This document shows positions 8,763-19,055 of a stretch of DNA of 64,000 nucleotides, in pieces (the first letter of the stretch is position 1; every line of letters begins with the position of its first letter). Under the pieces are notes generated by a model that was given only the letters and a program-made list of their open reading frames with translations, searched no databases and had not been told where the DNA came from. Made by a program: the position numbers and the translations under genes. The stretch is from Bdellovibrionales bacterium (GTDB lineage: Bacteria > Bdellovibrionota > Bdellovibrionia > Bdellovibrionales > UBA1609), in the NCBI GenBank assembly GCA_050246815.1, contig JBFWVI010000004.1, positions 1-64,000 on the forward strand, given 5' to 3'.

Positions 8763-11700
8763 ATGAAGAAACCCAAAAATCGGGGCGAAGAAGATATCGC
8801 GATTATCGGCATGGCATGCTGGTACCCCGGCGCGCAGGACTTGGTCCAACTCTGGGAAAACGTCCTTACAAAACGACGTCAGTTCCGGCGCATGCTGGAC
8901 ACGCGACTGCCTTTGCATGACTACCAAGATGACAACCCCGCCGCTATGGACAAAACCTATGGCAAGCGGGCCGCCTTCTTGGAAGGCTTTGAATTTGACT
9001 GGGTCACCAATCGTTTTCCCAAATCGACTTTTGAGTCCACCGACATGGTGCACTGGTTGGCCTTGGATGTGGCCGGCAAAGCCCTTCGCGACGCAGGTTA
9101 TGATCGCAAAACTGTACCACTTAAAAAAACTGGGGTCTTAGTTGGCAATAGCCTGACCGGCGAGTCAAGCCGGGCGGATAGCTTACGATTGCGATGGCCT
9201 TACATGCAAAAAGTTTTGTCTACCGTGGCCGGGCAAAAGGGGATGAGCGAAGAACAAAAGCAAGACTTCATCAAATCTTGTGAACAGCTCTACAAATCTA
9301 TATTGGCGCCCATCACCGAAGACACTTTGGCGGGTTGTTTGGCCAATACGATCGCCGGCCGTATTTGCAACTACTTCAACTTGGACGGCGGTGGATACAC
9401 GGTCGATGGCGCATGTGCCTCTTCACTCTTGGCGGTCGCCAACTCAGTGTCGGCATTACGATCAAAAGATTTGGACATTGCGGTTGCCGGTGGCGTTGAC
9501 ATCAGCCTGGATGCTTTTGAGTTGATCGGATTTGCCAAAGTGGGTGCGCTGACCAAAACCGACATTCGTGTCTATGACCGTGATGGCAGTGGTTTTATTC
9601 CTGGTGAAGGTTGCGGCTTTGTCATTCTGAAAAGACTGGCCGACGCCGAACGAGACGGCAACCGTATCTACGCCACAATCAAAGGCTGTGGAATTTCGTC
9701 AGACGGGAATGGTGGTATCACGGCGCCGAAGGCCTCGGGGCAAGCCACCGCACTGAAGCGAGCATACGATCAAGCCGGCTACGGCACCGCAGATTGCCAT
9801 TTCATCGAGGGTCACGGCACCGGTACCGCCGTGGGCGATCGGCGTGAACTTGAAGGAATCGCGATGGCGATGGAGTTGACCGGCGGAACTCGTCCGCGAG
9901 CGTGCGGCGTCACCTCACTGAAGTCGATCGTGGGCCACACCAAAGCCGCCGCTGGCATTGGCGCTCTGATCAAAGCCACCATCGGCGTCAATCGCCGCGT
10001 GCTGCCACCGACTTCGGGCTGCGAAAACCCTCACCCAATTTTTCAGAATACCGCAAACGGACTTTACCCGCTGATGGAAGGTGAAGTCTTGCCAGCGGAC
10101 ACTGTTGTACGAGCCGGCGTTTCGGCCATGGGTTTTGGCGGGATCAACTGCCATGTCACTTTGCAGTCCTACTCGGCACCATTTGAAAGTTTGCAGCCGC
10201 AAATTCCGGAGGCGGCCCTGCTGAATTCGCACTCGGAAGCCGAACTGTTTGTTTTTAGCGCGCAGTCAATTGCCTCTTTAAAGGCGCATTTGCATGAAAC
10301 ATTGGGTGAGGCCATGCATGTTTCTATGGCCGAACTGACAGATCTGGCTGCAGACCTGGCCCGGCGCTTTTCGCCGACGATGACCTTTCGCGCGTCCGTG
10401 ATCGCCGCCAACTCCGAAGAGCTTTGTCTGCGTTTGCAAGAGCTTGATAAAATGACCGCAACCCCTCCTGAAGAAGGCGCCTTTGTTGCCGATCCCTTAA
10501 ACGTTGTCTTCTTGGCCAATCGAACAAACAACCCAAAAGTCGCTTTTGTCTTTCCGGGCCAAGGATCGCAGCGCCTGAATATGGCTAAAACTTTGCACGA
10601 CAAGTTCATTTGGGCGCGCGAATTGGTGCAGGATGCGGACAAGTGGATGCAGGCCACGAGTGATCAATCGTTGAGTCCACAAGTTTACCGACCACTTCAT
10701 CGCGCCAAAGACGGCCAAGAAGTGGAAAGCTGGCAAAGTCAGTTGCGCCAAACCCACATTGCACAACCAGCTATTTGTTTAAGCTCAATTCTTTGGGCCA
10801 AGCGCTTATCGGAAATCGGTATTCGCTGCCAAGCCGTCGCCGGCCACAGCCTGGGCGAACTCACGGCTTTGCACTGGGCCGGTGCCTACGATGAAGAAAC
10901 TTTGATCAAAACGGCCGCCTTACGCGGTCGTCTGATGTCGGCATCGCAAGAACAAGCCGGCACCATGCTCAGCTTGACCTGCGACCTGAATACCGCACAA
11001 AGTGTGGTGGAAAAAGTCGGCGCGAATGTCACCATAGCCAATATCAACGGCCCTAATCAAATCGTTCTTTCTGGCACAAAAGAGGCTGTTGAAAATGCAC
11101 TTAAAATCGCTTCACAGCAAGGCATTAGCGGACAGATGCTGAACGTTTCAAATGCTTTTCACTCCCCTTTGGTGGCTCAAGCTTCCATTGAATTTGAAAA
11201 ATCGGCGAAGTCTCTTTCTACTGTTGAAAATCTGAAGTACCCCTTCATCTCAAGCCTCAAAGTAGATCAGCCAATTGACTCTAAAAATGTAAAAAATTAT
11301 CTGGCTCAACAAATTGTCAATCCTGTGGATTGGTTAAAAACCGCACAGCAGCTGGTCCGCGATTATGATCTGGTTATTGAAGTCGGGCCGGGCGCTGTAC
11401 TGTCGAGCCTCATCAACAACTGTGGCGCTACAGGTCGAGCCAAAGCCTTCCCTGTCGAATCCAAATGGGATCGAAGTCTTGATCTTTTAAGAGTCTCAGC
11501 TCTTTACAGCGCCATGGGCGGACAAGTTAATTTTGATGCACTGTTTGCTCAACGCTTGTGCCGTCCTTACGTGCCGTTTGCCAAAAAACGTTTTTTAATG
11601 AACCCTTGTGAACGACCATTCCCGGCGCATCTGACACAAAATGTGCAAAAACCAATTGCTGCGACAGTCACACCCGCCCCGTCCGTCGCTCAACCCGCAC

Positions 11701-14700
11701 CGACAGCCGCACCTGCCGCCCGCGCACCGCAATCACCGGCTAGCAATGTGATTCCGATTCGCCCGTCTTCGACGGCCATGAACAAACAAGACGTGACCAG
11801 CGAAATGGTCGCGGCCCTGGTTGAAACCACCGGCTTCAGTGCCGACGTGTTCCGCATGGAGATGCGCTTACTAGATGATTTGAATTTGGATTCGATTAAG
11901 GCCGGAGAGGTGATTTCGAGCCTTGCCAAACGATGTTCTCTGACCGAAGCGGTAGATCCGATTCAACTGGCCAACGCGACTTTGGGCGAAATCGTCGACA
12001 TGATCGTTAAAATGAATCCCACTCGGCCGACCGACATGGCGGCTTTCATTCAACCGGCCCCGCCCCAGGCAACGCCGGCCGCCATGATTCCAGCCGCTCC
12101 TATCGTCGCACCGATGACCGCGCCGCCAAATCCAGTTGCTTCTGCGGGGCGCCCTGTCGAGCAAGTTTTATTTGAAACTGTCTCTCGTGTTACGGGTTTC
12201 GACACAGGCATTTTAAAACTCGAAATGCGTTTGTTGGATGATTTGAATTTAGACTCTATAAAAGCCGGCGAAGTTATCGTCAGTTTAAAAAAAGAATTTC
12301 CCAACGCTAAAGAAATCGATCCGATTCAATTTGCTAATGCTACGCTAAAAGACATCTGCGAATTCTTTAAAGACGCCCAGAGAGCAGTGCCAACGGTGGA
12401 GACCGCCCCGCAAGCGCTAAAAGCACCAAGTATGATGGACCTGGTCTATTCTGCAACCAGCAAGATCTCAGGATACCCTTTGGATTCTTTGTCCGGCGAA
12501 ATGACCTTTAAAGGCGATCTGCAGCTAGACAATATTCAGTTGCTCGAAATCGTGCGCCATTGCTGCCTGGTGCTTTCGATCAAACCAAATGTTGATATTG
12601 AAGCACTGGACCAATGCTCCTTGAAAAAAATGGGCGACATCTTGGATAGCATGAAGGTGCGTCAAGCAGCCATTGTGCAGCAGACCAAAACCGAAACAAT
12701 TCAAGTGCCGCCCTGGGTGCGCAATTTCACCATGAGCTTTACACCTGAAGTGCGGCCGGTGCACTCAGACCCAAGTCGAGTCCGTTTCATCGACAAGTGG
12801 CCGAACGCCAAGGTCTTGATCATTCATGAAGAAAAAGACTGCAAGCTGAGTGATGCCGTGAACGAAAAGCTGGTGTCTTTGGGCGCGTCGGTGACCCTGT
12901 GTTATGCCCGCCAGTTCGATGAGCGTATCGGACGCATAGCCGAGTACACGCACGTTTTGATGGTGCTGCCAAGTTCCAATCAAAAATCTCTGCCCAACGA
13001 AGCTTCCGTGCGGCAGGCAATCGAACGCCTGCACTTTTTAACCACGTTCAGCAAAATGGAAGAAGTGGCTCGCCGTTTTACCACCTTGGCCTGTATTCAA
13101 CAAACTGATGGCCATTTCAATATCGGCCCAGTGCAACAGCAAATTGAACAAGTGGCCTACACTTCAACCCTGCAAACCTTGCACATCGAACGTCCCTCGC
13201 TCCGAGTTCGATGTCTGGATGTGGCCTTAGGATTAGATTCCAAATGGGCTGCCGAAGAAGTTGTTGCAGAACTCAATATGCCAATGGCCTTTAGCCAAGT
13301 GGGTTTTGATATCCAACGCCAGCGCCTGATCTCGAAGGCGGAAGTTAGCGTTACTGCCCAATACGAAGAAAATAAAATTAAATGGACCGCGCAAGATGTG
13401 CTGCTTGCAACCGGCGGCGCCAAAGGTATTACGGCCGAATGTGCACTGGAGTTCGCCCGCCAAAATGGCGTCAAAGTAGCCCTCGTGGGTAGCTCGCCGC
13501 CCCCAACGGACCTGCAAGGAAATGACGAGCTGTCAGTGAACTTGCGACGCTTTAAAGACGCCGGCGTAACTTGTCAGTACTTCTGCTGCAATATCGCCGA
13601 TGCCGAACAAACGCGTCAGCTGTTTCAGAAAATCAAAACCCAACTTGGCTCGGTCACCGTGATTTTACACGGAGCAGGAAAAAATATTCCCAAGCGGTTG
13701 TCGCAAGTGTCGCAAGAAGAGGCTTATGCCGAAGTTGCACCGAAACTTTTGGGTGCGCTGAACTTGCTTGAAAACAGCTCACCTGAACAGTTGAAGATGT
13801 TCATCGCCTTCACTTCAATCATCGGTGTCATGGGCGTGCCCGGCAATGGCTGGTACGGTTTTTCAAACGAAGCCTTGAATATCACCATGTCCCACTACCG
13901 GCGTCACTTCCACTCCACACACATGGTCGCCTGCGCGTTCGGCATGTGGGATGAAGTCGGAATGGCCTCAAAACTTGGCTCAGGAAAAAAATTCAGCGCG
14001 GCCGGTGTCAATTTGATTCCGGTCAAAGAAGGCGTGCAGCGCTTCATGCAACTGACGAACAAAAAAGCACCCGCGCAACAGGTGGTGATCACCGCACGTC
14101 TGTGGAAAGAAAGCAAGTTGGCCGCTCCGGCCCCGCAAGGCAAGTTTCGTTTCCTTGAAAAAATCATCAACAGCACCGTAGGTGTAGAAGCGATTGCCCG
14201 CAGCAAACTGACACTGGAACAAGACCTCTATTTGAACGATCATAAGTATCGCAACTCATTCTTGTTCCCGACGGTCTTTGGACTTGAAGCTATGGCACAA
14301 GTGGCCGCTCATGCTTTAGGCCTTCAAAAAATCGATCATCTTTTGATTGAAGACCTCGAACTGGCCTCGGCTGTTGTGGTTTCCCAAGAGCACGGTATGG
14401 AAATCGAAGTCTACGCCAATGTGATGGAAAGTGACGGCAAGTCGCCCGAGATCACAGTCAAAGTTGGACTGCGCAGTGAATCTTCCAAATTCACTCGCGA
14501 TCATTTCTCTGCCACTTTCAAGTTCAATACTAAAATGCCAAGTGAGATCGTGTCATTAAAGCGCCCTGAAAAATCACTTGATTTGGATTTAGCCACGCAA
14601 ATCTATGGGGGGCTCCTGTTTCATGGCCCCTTGTATCGTCGCTTAAGTGCCATACACTCGTTGGACTCACATCAGGTGACTTTCGATGTCAAACAGATGT

Positions 14701-16712
14701 CATCCGCTGATTTGTCACGCCTCAGCTTCAAAGATAGCCACGACCTCATTTTGGGAGACCCTTACTTTCGCGATGCTTTGCTGCAATCCGCGCAAACAGT
14801 ACTGACCAAAAATGTCTTTTTGCCCATTCGTGCAAAAAAATGGGAAATCTTCACGACCGAGGCTGCCAGCCAGCAGGGTTTAGCTCAGTTTGAATTGCTT
14901 GATCTCAAAGAAAAACTCTTCCACAGCAACGTGGTGGTCACGGGCAAAAATGGCCGCGTGCTTGAGCGATTGACGGACTCTCAAGGGGTTTGGGTTCGGG
15001 CAACACCACAAAATCCTACGCCTGAAGAGCTGGCGAAGGCAACGATCACACCCACTCCACAACTTGTTGTAATTGCCAATCCGACCGTAAATAAGCCTCT
15101 GGTCGCTTTTGAAATTTTTGATCGCTTGGAACAGATGAGCGTCGAAGAAAGACATACCGTCGAGCTTTCGCTGGCCCGTAAAGCTTTTGCGGATTACCAG
15201 GGGCACTCCGACAAGCCAGCTGACACCTTACAGCTGGGTTGGCATAAAAACGGAAAGCCTTACTTAAAAAACCAAGATAAGTCCCTGGATATTTCATTTT
15301 CTCACAAAGATGACATCTGCGTTTGCGTGATCGCCACAGGCATTGTCGGCTGCGACTTGGAAAGCGTCAGCAAACGCAAAAAAGAAGACTGGTCGACTTT
15401 GCTGGGACCGGCGTCCGCAAAAATTTTTAAAAAATTATCTTCTGATTTCAAAAATTTAGATTTGTTAGGCACCTTGATCTGGTCGGCTCGCGAAGCTGCG
15501 GCCAAAGCCTTTGTCGACACCAATTTTGAACTGCAGGTTCACGAAGTTCAGCCAGGTTCGGCCCTTAGCTTTGAGGCGCGAAGCAGCGAACACCACCTGA
15601 CCATCACAACCAAAACCATTCAAAATAAAACTTATGTATTGGCGATTGCGCACGATCAAAAATCTGCTTCACAAGAGCAAAGCATTGCGACTTATGACGC
15701 CGCATATTCCATTGCGCAGGACGGGACCGGCAGCAAAGGATTTTTTGTTCGCTGGCCGGTCACCTTCAAGGATGCCAGCAATCTTTTAAGAAGCGTCTAT
15801 TTTTCAAAGTTTTTTGAGTGGCAAGGCCGCGTGCGCGAATTGGCCATCTGGCCTTTGCTTGACCAGACTTCGAAGATTTTCATGTCGGGGGAGTACGGAT
15901 GGGTCACCAACAGTTCGGAAACCAAATTCTTTGGGGCACTCGAAGTCGGCGACCTCGTCGAAGTTCGTGTCACATCCAGCGAACCTTATGGTGCTAGCGG
16001 CAGTTCCGTTGATGCCTACTATGACTGGTATCGAATTGATCGAAATGGCACTGAAAAACTGGTTGCACGCAGCCACATGATGACCACCTGGGTGAAAGTG
16101 ATGGGCCATGGTCTGGTTGAAATAGCGCCCTTCCCGCCGTCTTTCACCGACTTCTTTAAATCTGTGCCAGTCAAAGCTGTCGCAACACCGCCTGAACTTC
16201 AGTCTTCACGCGAGCCCATGCTTTTCCAGGCTCCCCAGGGCGTGGCGACAGGTCCCATTTTGAGTGAGCATGTGTTCGAAACCACTCTCGAAGATTCGAA
16301 TCTGGTCGGCAACGTTTACTTTTCGAACTACGCTGTCTGGTTGGGCCGCGCACGCGACTCTTTCTTGCACAAGATCGCGCCTCAGATTTTCACTGGAACC
16401 ACTTCGGGCGAGCCTTTCTGCACGCGCAACTACATCAAACACCTGCGCGAAGCCATGCCCTTTGATCAGATTCAACTGGTCATGCGTCTGCAGTCGTTCA
16501 ATGCCACAGGCCTGAAGCTGTATTTTGACTTTCATCAATTCTTAGATGGCAAACGCGGACCCAAAATTGCATTTGCTGAACATGAATTGGTTTGGGGAGC
16601 ACGCGACCGAGATGCCATCCGCCCGACTCGTATGCCGCAAGAAATTATTTACCAATTGAGTTGTAGCGCCAAAGAGCTACAGCCGAGTGTGAAAAAAGAC
16701 AAAGCCGCATAG
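8763..16712 (+). CDS. Iterative type I polyketide synthase, enediyne PKSE-like (KS-AT-ACP-ACP-ACP*-KR-DH-PPTase-TE-TE)
   Basis: KS DGACASS (Cys codon 9414), HGTGT, GHTK. AT GHSLG (Ser 10848) and AFHS. ACP LDSI x2. KR TGGAKGIT. DH LNDH...FP and RDALLQ. PPTase GKP/SFSH/GCDLE/WSAREA. Two hot-dog TE motifs. ATG at 8763 is in frame with the track ORF at 8751. Confidence 0.92.
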   Translation: MKKPKNRGEEDIAIIGMACWYPGAQDLVQLWENVLTKRRQFRRMLDTRLPLHDYQDDNPAAMDKTYGKRAAFLEGFEFDWVTNRFPKSTFESTDMVHWLALDVAGKALRDAGYDRKTVPLKKTGVLVGNSLTGESSRADSLRLRWPYMQKVLSTVAGQKGMSEEQKQDFIKSCEQLYKSILAPITEDTLAGCLANTIAGRICNYFNLDGGGYTVDGACASSLLAVANSVSALRSKDLDIAVAGGVDISLDAFELIGFAKVGALTKTDIRVYDRDGSGFIPGEGCGFVILKRLADAERDGNRIYATIKGCGISSDGNGGITAPKASGQATALKRAYDQAGYGTADCHFIEGHGTGTAVGDRRELEGIAMAMELTGGTRPRACGVTSLKSIVGHTKAAAGIGALIKATIGVNRRVLPPTSGCENPHPIFQNTANGLYPLMEGEVLPADTVVRAGVSAMGFGGINCHVTLQSYSAPFESLQPQIPEAALLNSHSEAELFVFSAQSIASLKAHLHETLGEAMHVSMAELTDLAADLARRFSPTMTFRASVIAANSEELCLRLQELDKMTATPPEEGAFVADPLNVVFLANRTNNPKVAFVFPGQGSQRLNMAKTLHDKFIWARELVQDADKWMQATSDQSLSPQVYRPLHRAKDGQEVESWQSQLRQTHIAQPAICLSSILWAKRLSEIGIRCQAVAGHSLGELTALHWAGAYDEETLIKTAALRGRLMSASQEQAGTMLSLTCDLNTAQSVVEKVGANVTIANINGPNQIVLSGTKEAVENALKIASQQGISGQMLNVSNAFHSPLVAQASIEFEKSAKSLSTVENLKYPFISSLKVDQPIDSKNVKNYLAQQIVNPVDWLKTAQQLVRDYDLVIEVGPGAVLSSLINNCGATGRAKAFPVESKWDRSLDLLRVSALYSAMGGQVNFDALFAQRLCRPYVPFAKKRFLMNPCERPFPAHLTQNVQKPIAATVTPAPSVAQPAPTAAPAARAPQSPASNVIPIRPSSTAMNKQDVTSEMVAALVETTGFSADVFRMEMRLLDDLNLDSIKAGEVISSLAKRCSLTEAVDPIQLANATLGEIVDMIVKMNPTRPTDMAAFIQPAPPQATPAAMIPAAPIVAPMTAPPNPVASAGRPVEQVLFETVSRVTGFDTGILKLEMRLLDDLNLDSIKAGEVIVSLKKEFPNAKEIDPIQFANATLKDICEFFKDAQRAVPTVETAPQALKAPSMMDLVYSATSKISGYPLDSLSGEMTFKGDLQLDNIQLLEIVRHCCLVLSIKPNVDIEALDQCSLKKMGDILDSMKVRQAAIVQQTKTETIQVPPWVRNFTMSFTPEVRPVHSDPSRVRFIDKWPNAKVLIIHEEKDCKLSDAVNEKLVSLGASVTLCYARQFDERIGRIAEYTHVLMVLPSSNQKSLPNEASVRQAIERLHFLTTFSKMEEVARRFTTLACIQQTDGHFNIGPVQQQIEQVAYTSTLQTLHIERPSLRVRCLDVALGLDSKWAAEEVVAELNMPMAFSQVGFDIQRQRLISKAEVSVTAQYEENKIKWTAQDVLLATGGAKGITAECALEFARQNGVKVALVGSSPPPTDLQGNDELSVNLRRFKDAGVTCQYFCCNIADAEQTRQLFQKIKTQLGSVTVILHGAGKNIPKRLSQVSQEEAYAEVAPKLLGALNLLENSSPEQLKMFIAFTSIIGVMGVPGNGWYGFSNEALNITMSHYRRHFHSTHMVACAFGMWDEVGMASKLGSGKKFSAAGVNLIPVKEGVQRFMQLTNKKAPAQQVVITARLWKESKLAAPAPQGKFRFLEKIINSTVGVEAIARSKLTLEQDLYLNDHKYRNSFLFPTVFGLEAMAQVAAHALGLQKIDHLLIEDLELASAVVVSQEHGMEIEVYANVMESDGKSPEITVKVGLRSESSKFTRDHFSATFKFNTKMPSEIVSLKRPEKSLDLDLATQIYGGLLFHGPLYRRLSAIHSLDSHQVTFDVKQMSSADLSRLSFKDSHDLILGDPYFRDALLQSAQTVLTKNVFLPIRAKKWEIFTTEAASQQGLAQFELLDLKEKLFHSNVVVTGKNGRVLERLTDSQGVWVRATPQNPTPEELAKATITPTPQLVVIANPTVNKPLVAFEIFDRLEQMSVEERHTVELSLARKAFADYQGHSDKPADTLQLGWHKNGKPYLKNQDKSLDISFSHKDDICVCVIATGIVGCDLESVSKRKKEDWSTLLGPASAKIFKKLSSDFKNLDLLGTLIWSAREAAAKAFVDTNFELQVHEVQPGSALSFEARSSEHHLTITTKTIQNKTYVLAIAHDQKSASQEQSIATYDAAYSIAQDGTGSKGFFVRWPVTFKDASNLLRSVYFSKFFEWQGRVRELAIWPLLDQTSKIFMSGEYGWVTNSSETKFFGALEVGDLVEVRVTSSEPYGASGSSVDAYYDWYRIDRNGTEKLVARSHMMTTWVKVMGHGLVEIAPFPPSFTDFFKSVPVKAVATPPELQSSREPMLFQAPQGVATGPILSEHVFETTLEDSNLVGNVYFSNYAVWLGRARDSFLHKIAPQIFTGTTSGEPFCTRNYIKHLREAMPFDQIQLVMRLQSFNATGLKLYFDFHQFLDGKRGPKIAFAEHELVWGARDRDAIRPTRMPQEIIYQLSCSAKELQPSVKKDKAA

Positions 16713-19055
16713 ATGGAAAATTTTAACATCTGGATCATCAAAAAGCGTTTGTGGGTACTGGTCGCGACCTTGCTTATCACGGTGCTGGTGCTCTCTCAGC
16801 TCAAACGCCTGACTGTCGTGATCGAAATGGACAAAATCATGCCGCAAAACCACCCTTATGTGGTGGCCAACCGCGTGATCGAAGAAACATTTGGCAACAA
16901 GTACACCTCCGCAATCGCCATCACCAGCAAGAAAAATACGATTTTCGAAACACCCATTCTTGAAAAGGTACAGCGGATCACCCAAAAAATTCGCGAAGTT
17001 CACGGCGTAATTCCAAATAGCGTGATCAGCCTCTCGGCCCCCAAAGCCAAGAGTATTGTCGGCAATGCAAGTGGCATGAATGTTCAACCGCTGATGGGCC
17101 AGGTGCCGACGACAGAAGAAGAAATGGCCCGCCTAAAGGCCGATGTGGCGGCGATGCCGATCTATTCGAAGTTACTGGTTTCTGAGGATCAGACCATCAC
17201 CCAAATTGTCGTTCAAGTTAAAAACGTGCCAAAAGGCATGGCCAAAGTTGCCAACGATATTCAGCAGATCGCGGATGCCGAAAAAGATGAAACCGTAGAA
17301 ATCAATGTGGCGGGCCCGTCGGTGTACATGGGCTTGCTTGAAAAGTTCTCGGGTCGAATGGGGCTCTTGTTCCCGCTTGCACTTTTGATCATCGGTCTCA
17401 TTCATTTTGAAGCTTTTCGCACTTGGCAAGCCATGTTGCTGCCCTTGGTGACCGCTCTTTTAGCCGTGATTTGGGCTCTGGGCGGTCTTTTACTGGCTTC
17501 TCAACCGATGGATGTATTCAATTCGACCACGCCCATTTTAATTTTGGCCATTGCCGCAGGCCATGCTGTCCAAATTCTTAAGCGCTACTATGAAGAGTAT
17601 GCAAATCTCAAAAGCAAAAATCCTTCTATGGAACCCAAGCAGCTCAACCAAAAAGCCGTCTTGACAGCCATGACGCGCGTTGGACCGGTGATGGTCACGG
17701 CTTACGCCATCGCGGCACTGAGTTTTTTCTCTTTGGTTATTTTCGAAATCGAAACGATCCGCACCTTTGGCTTGTTTACCGGGACCGGTGTTTTAAGCGC
17801 ACTGATTCTTGAACTGACCTTTATCCCCGCGCTACGAAGCTATTTGCCCGCCCCCGGCGAAAAAGAGATCAAACGCGAAGGTCACCACTCACACTGGGAC
17901 ACGTTGATCGAGATCTTCTACGCTTGGGTTTTGAACAAGCGTAAAAAGCTTTATTGGATGACCTTCTTCGCACTCATCACGTTGACCGTGGGCGTGCTGG
18001 TTTTGCGTGTCGACAATTCTCAGCGCAAATTTTTCTTTGAACATTTGCCCGTCCGAATCCAAGACAATTACATCAACGACCATATGGCAGGAACCAATAC
18101 TATTTATGTGTTAATCGAAGGCAATTCTGAAGACGCAATCAAACGTCCCGCGGTCATGAAGGGCATGGATAATCTACAGCAGTTTCTTGAAAAGCAAGAG
18201 CATGTTGGCAAGACTCTTTCGATCGCCAATTTCATCAAACGCATGAACCAGGCCATGAATGAAGACAACCCGCAATTTTATGCGATCCCAAGCTCCCAGG
18301 ACTTAATCGCGCAGTACCTTTTTTTGTACTCCAACTCGGGCGAGCCCGGAGATTTTGACTCTTACGTCGACACCGGATATCGCAGTGCTTTGATTCAAAG
18401 CTTCGTCAAAACAGATCGAACCCAACTGATCAGCGAACTCATCAAAAAGATCCAAGATTTCTCTCGCGGTCAATTTCCAAGCGACGTTACCGTCACAGTC
18501 GGAGGCGGCGCGACCTTGGGTGTGGCCATTAATGAAGTGATGATTCGTGAAAAGATTTTCAACATTCTGCAAATTCTTGGCGTGGTCCTGCTGATCTCAT
18601 CGCTGGTGTTTCGCTCCTTCGTTGCCGGCGCCTTGATTTTAGTACCCTTAATCGCCGTGGTGGCGGTGAACTTCGGAATTATGGGCTTGCTGGGAATCCC
18701 CCTGCAGATCGCAACAGTTTTAATCTCGGCAATGGCCGTTGGCATCGGCGCGGATTACGGCATCTACATGAGCTTTAGAATGCGCGAAGAGCTCATCAGC
18801 GGCAGAGCCGAAGCCGAGGCACTAAAAAGGGCCTATCGCTCGGCCGGCAAAGCCACCCTTTACGTCTCCTCGGCGGTGGCCGGCGGTTTTGGTGTGCTGA
18901 TGCTATCGTGGGGCTTTTGGGTGCACATTTGGTTGGGCTTTTTGATTAGTGTGGCCATGCTGGTGGCCTCGTTCACGGCTCTGACCTTATTTCCTGCACT
19001 AATTTTTACGGTTCGCCCAAATTTCATTTTTAAACCACATAAATCTGGATCATAG
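16713..19055 (+). CDS. MMPL/RND-family transporter
   Basis: Two repeats of TM + large periplasmic domain + TM bundle; GIGADYGI motif. ATG immediately follows the PKS stop codon. Confidence 0.88.
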   Translation: MENFNIWIIKKRLWVLVATLLITVLVLSQLKRLTVVIEMDKIMPQNHPYVVANRVIEETFGNKYTSAIAITSKKNTIFETPILEKVQRITQKIREVHGVIPNSVISLSAPKAKSIVGNASGMNVQPLMGQVPTTEEEMARLKADVAAMPIYSKLLVSEDQTITQIVVQVKNVPKGMAKVANDIQQIADAEKDETVEINVAGPSVYMGLLEKFSGRMGLLFPLALLIIGLIHFEAFRTWQAMLLPLVTALLAVIWALGGLLLASQPMDVFNSTTPILILAIAAGHAVQILKRYYEEYANLKSKNPSMEPKQLNQKAVLTAMTRVGPVMVTAYAIAALSFFSLVIFEIETIRTFGLFTGTGVLSALILELTFIPALRSYLPAPGEKEIKREGHHSHWDTLIEIFYAWVLNKRKKLYWMTFFALITLTVGVLVLRVDNSQRKFFFEHLPVRIQDNYINDHMAGTNTIYVLIEGNSEDAIKRPAVMKGMDNLQQFLEKQEHVGKTLSIANFIKRMNQAMNEDNPQFYAIPSSQDLIAQYLFLYSNSGEPGDFDSYVDTGYRSALIQSFVKTDRTQLISELIKKIQDFSRGQFPSDVTVTVGGGATLGVAINEVMIREKIFNILQILGVVLLISSLVFRSFVAGALILVPLIAVVAVNFGIMGLLGIPLQIATVLISAMAVGIGADYGIYMSFRMREELISGRAEAEALKRAYRSAGKATLYVSSAVAGGFGVLMLSWGFWVHIWLGFLISVAMLVASFTALTLFPALIFTVRPNFIFKPHKSGS

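Noticed and set aside
8763..16712. Calling the cluster a true enediyne antibiotic BGC or a PUFA (pfa) synthase
   Set aside because: No recognisable E3/E4/E5, apoprotein or tailoring genes. No PfaB/C/D-type genes (KS-CLF, FabA-type DH, FMN enoyl reductase), despite the tandem ACPs.
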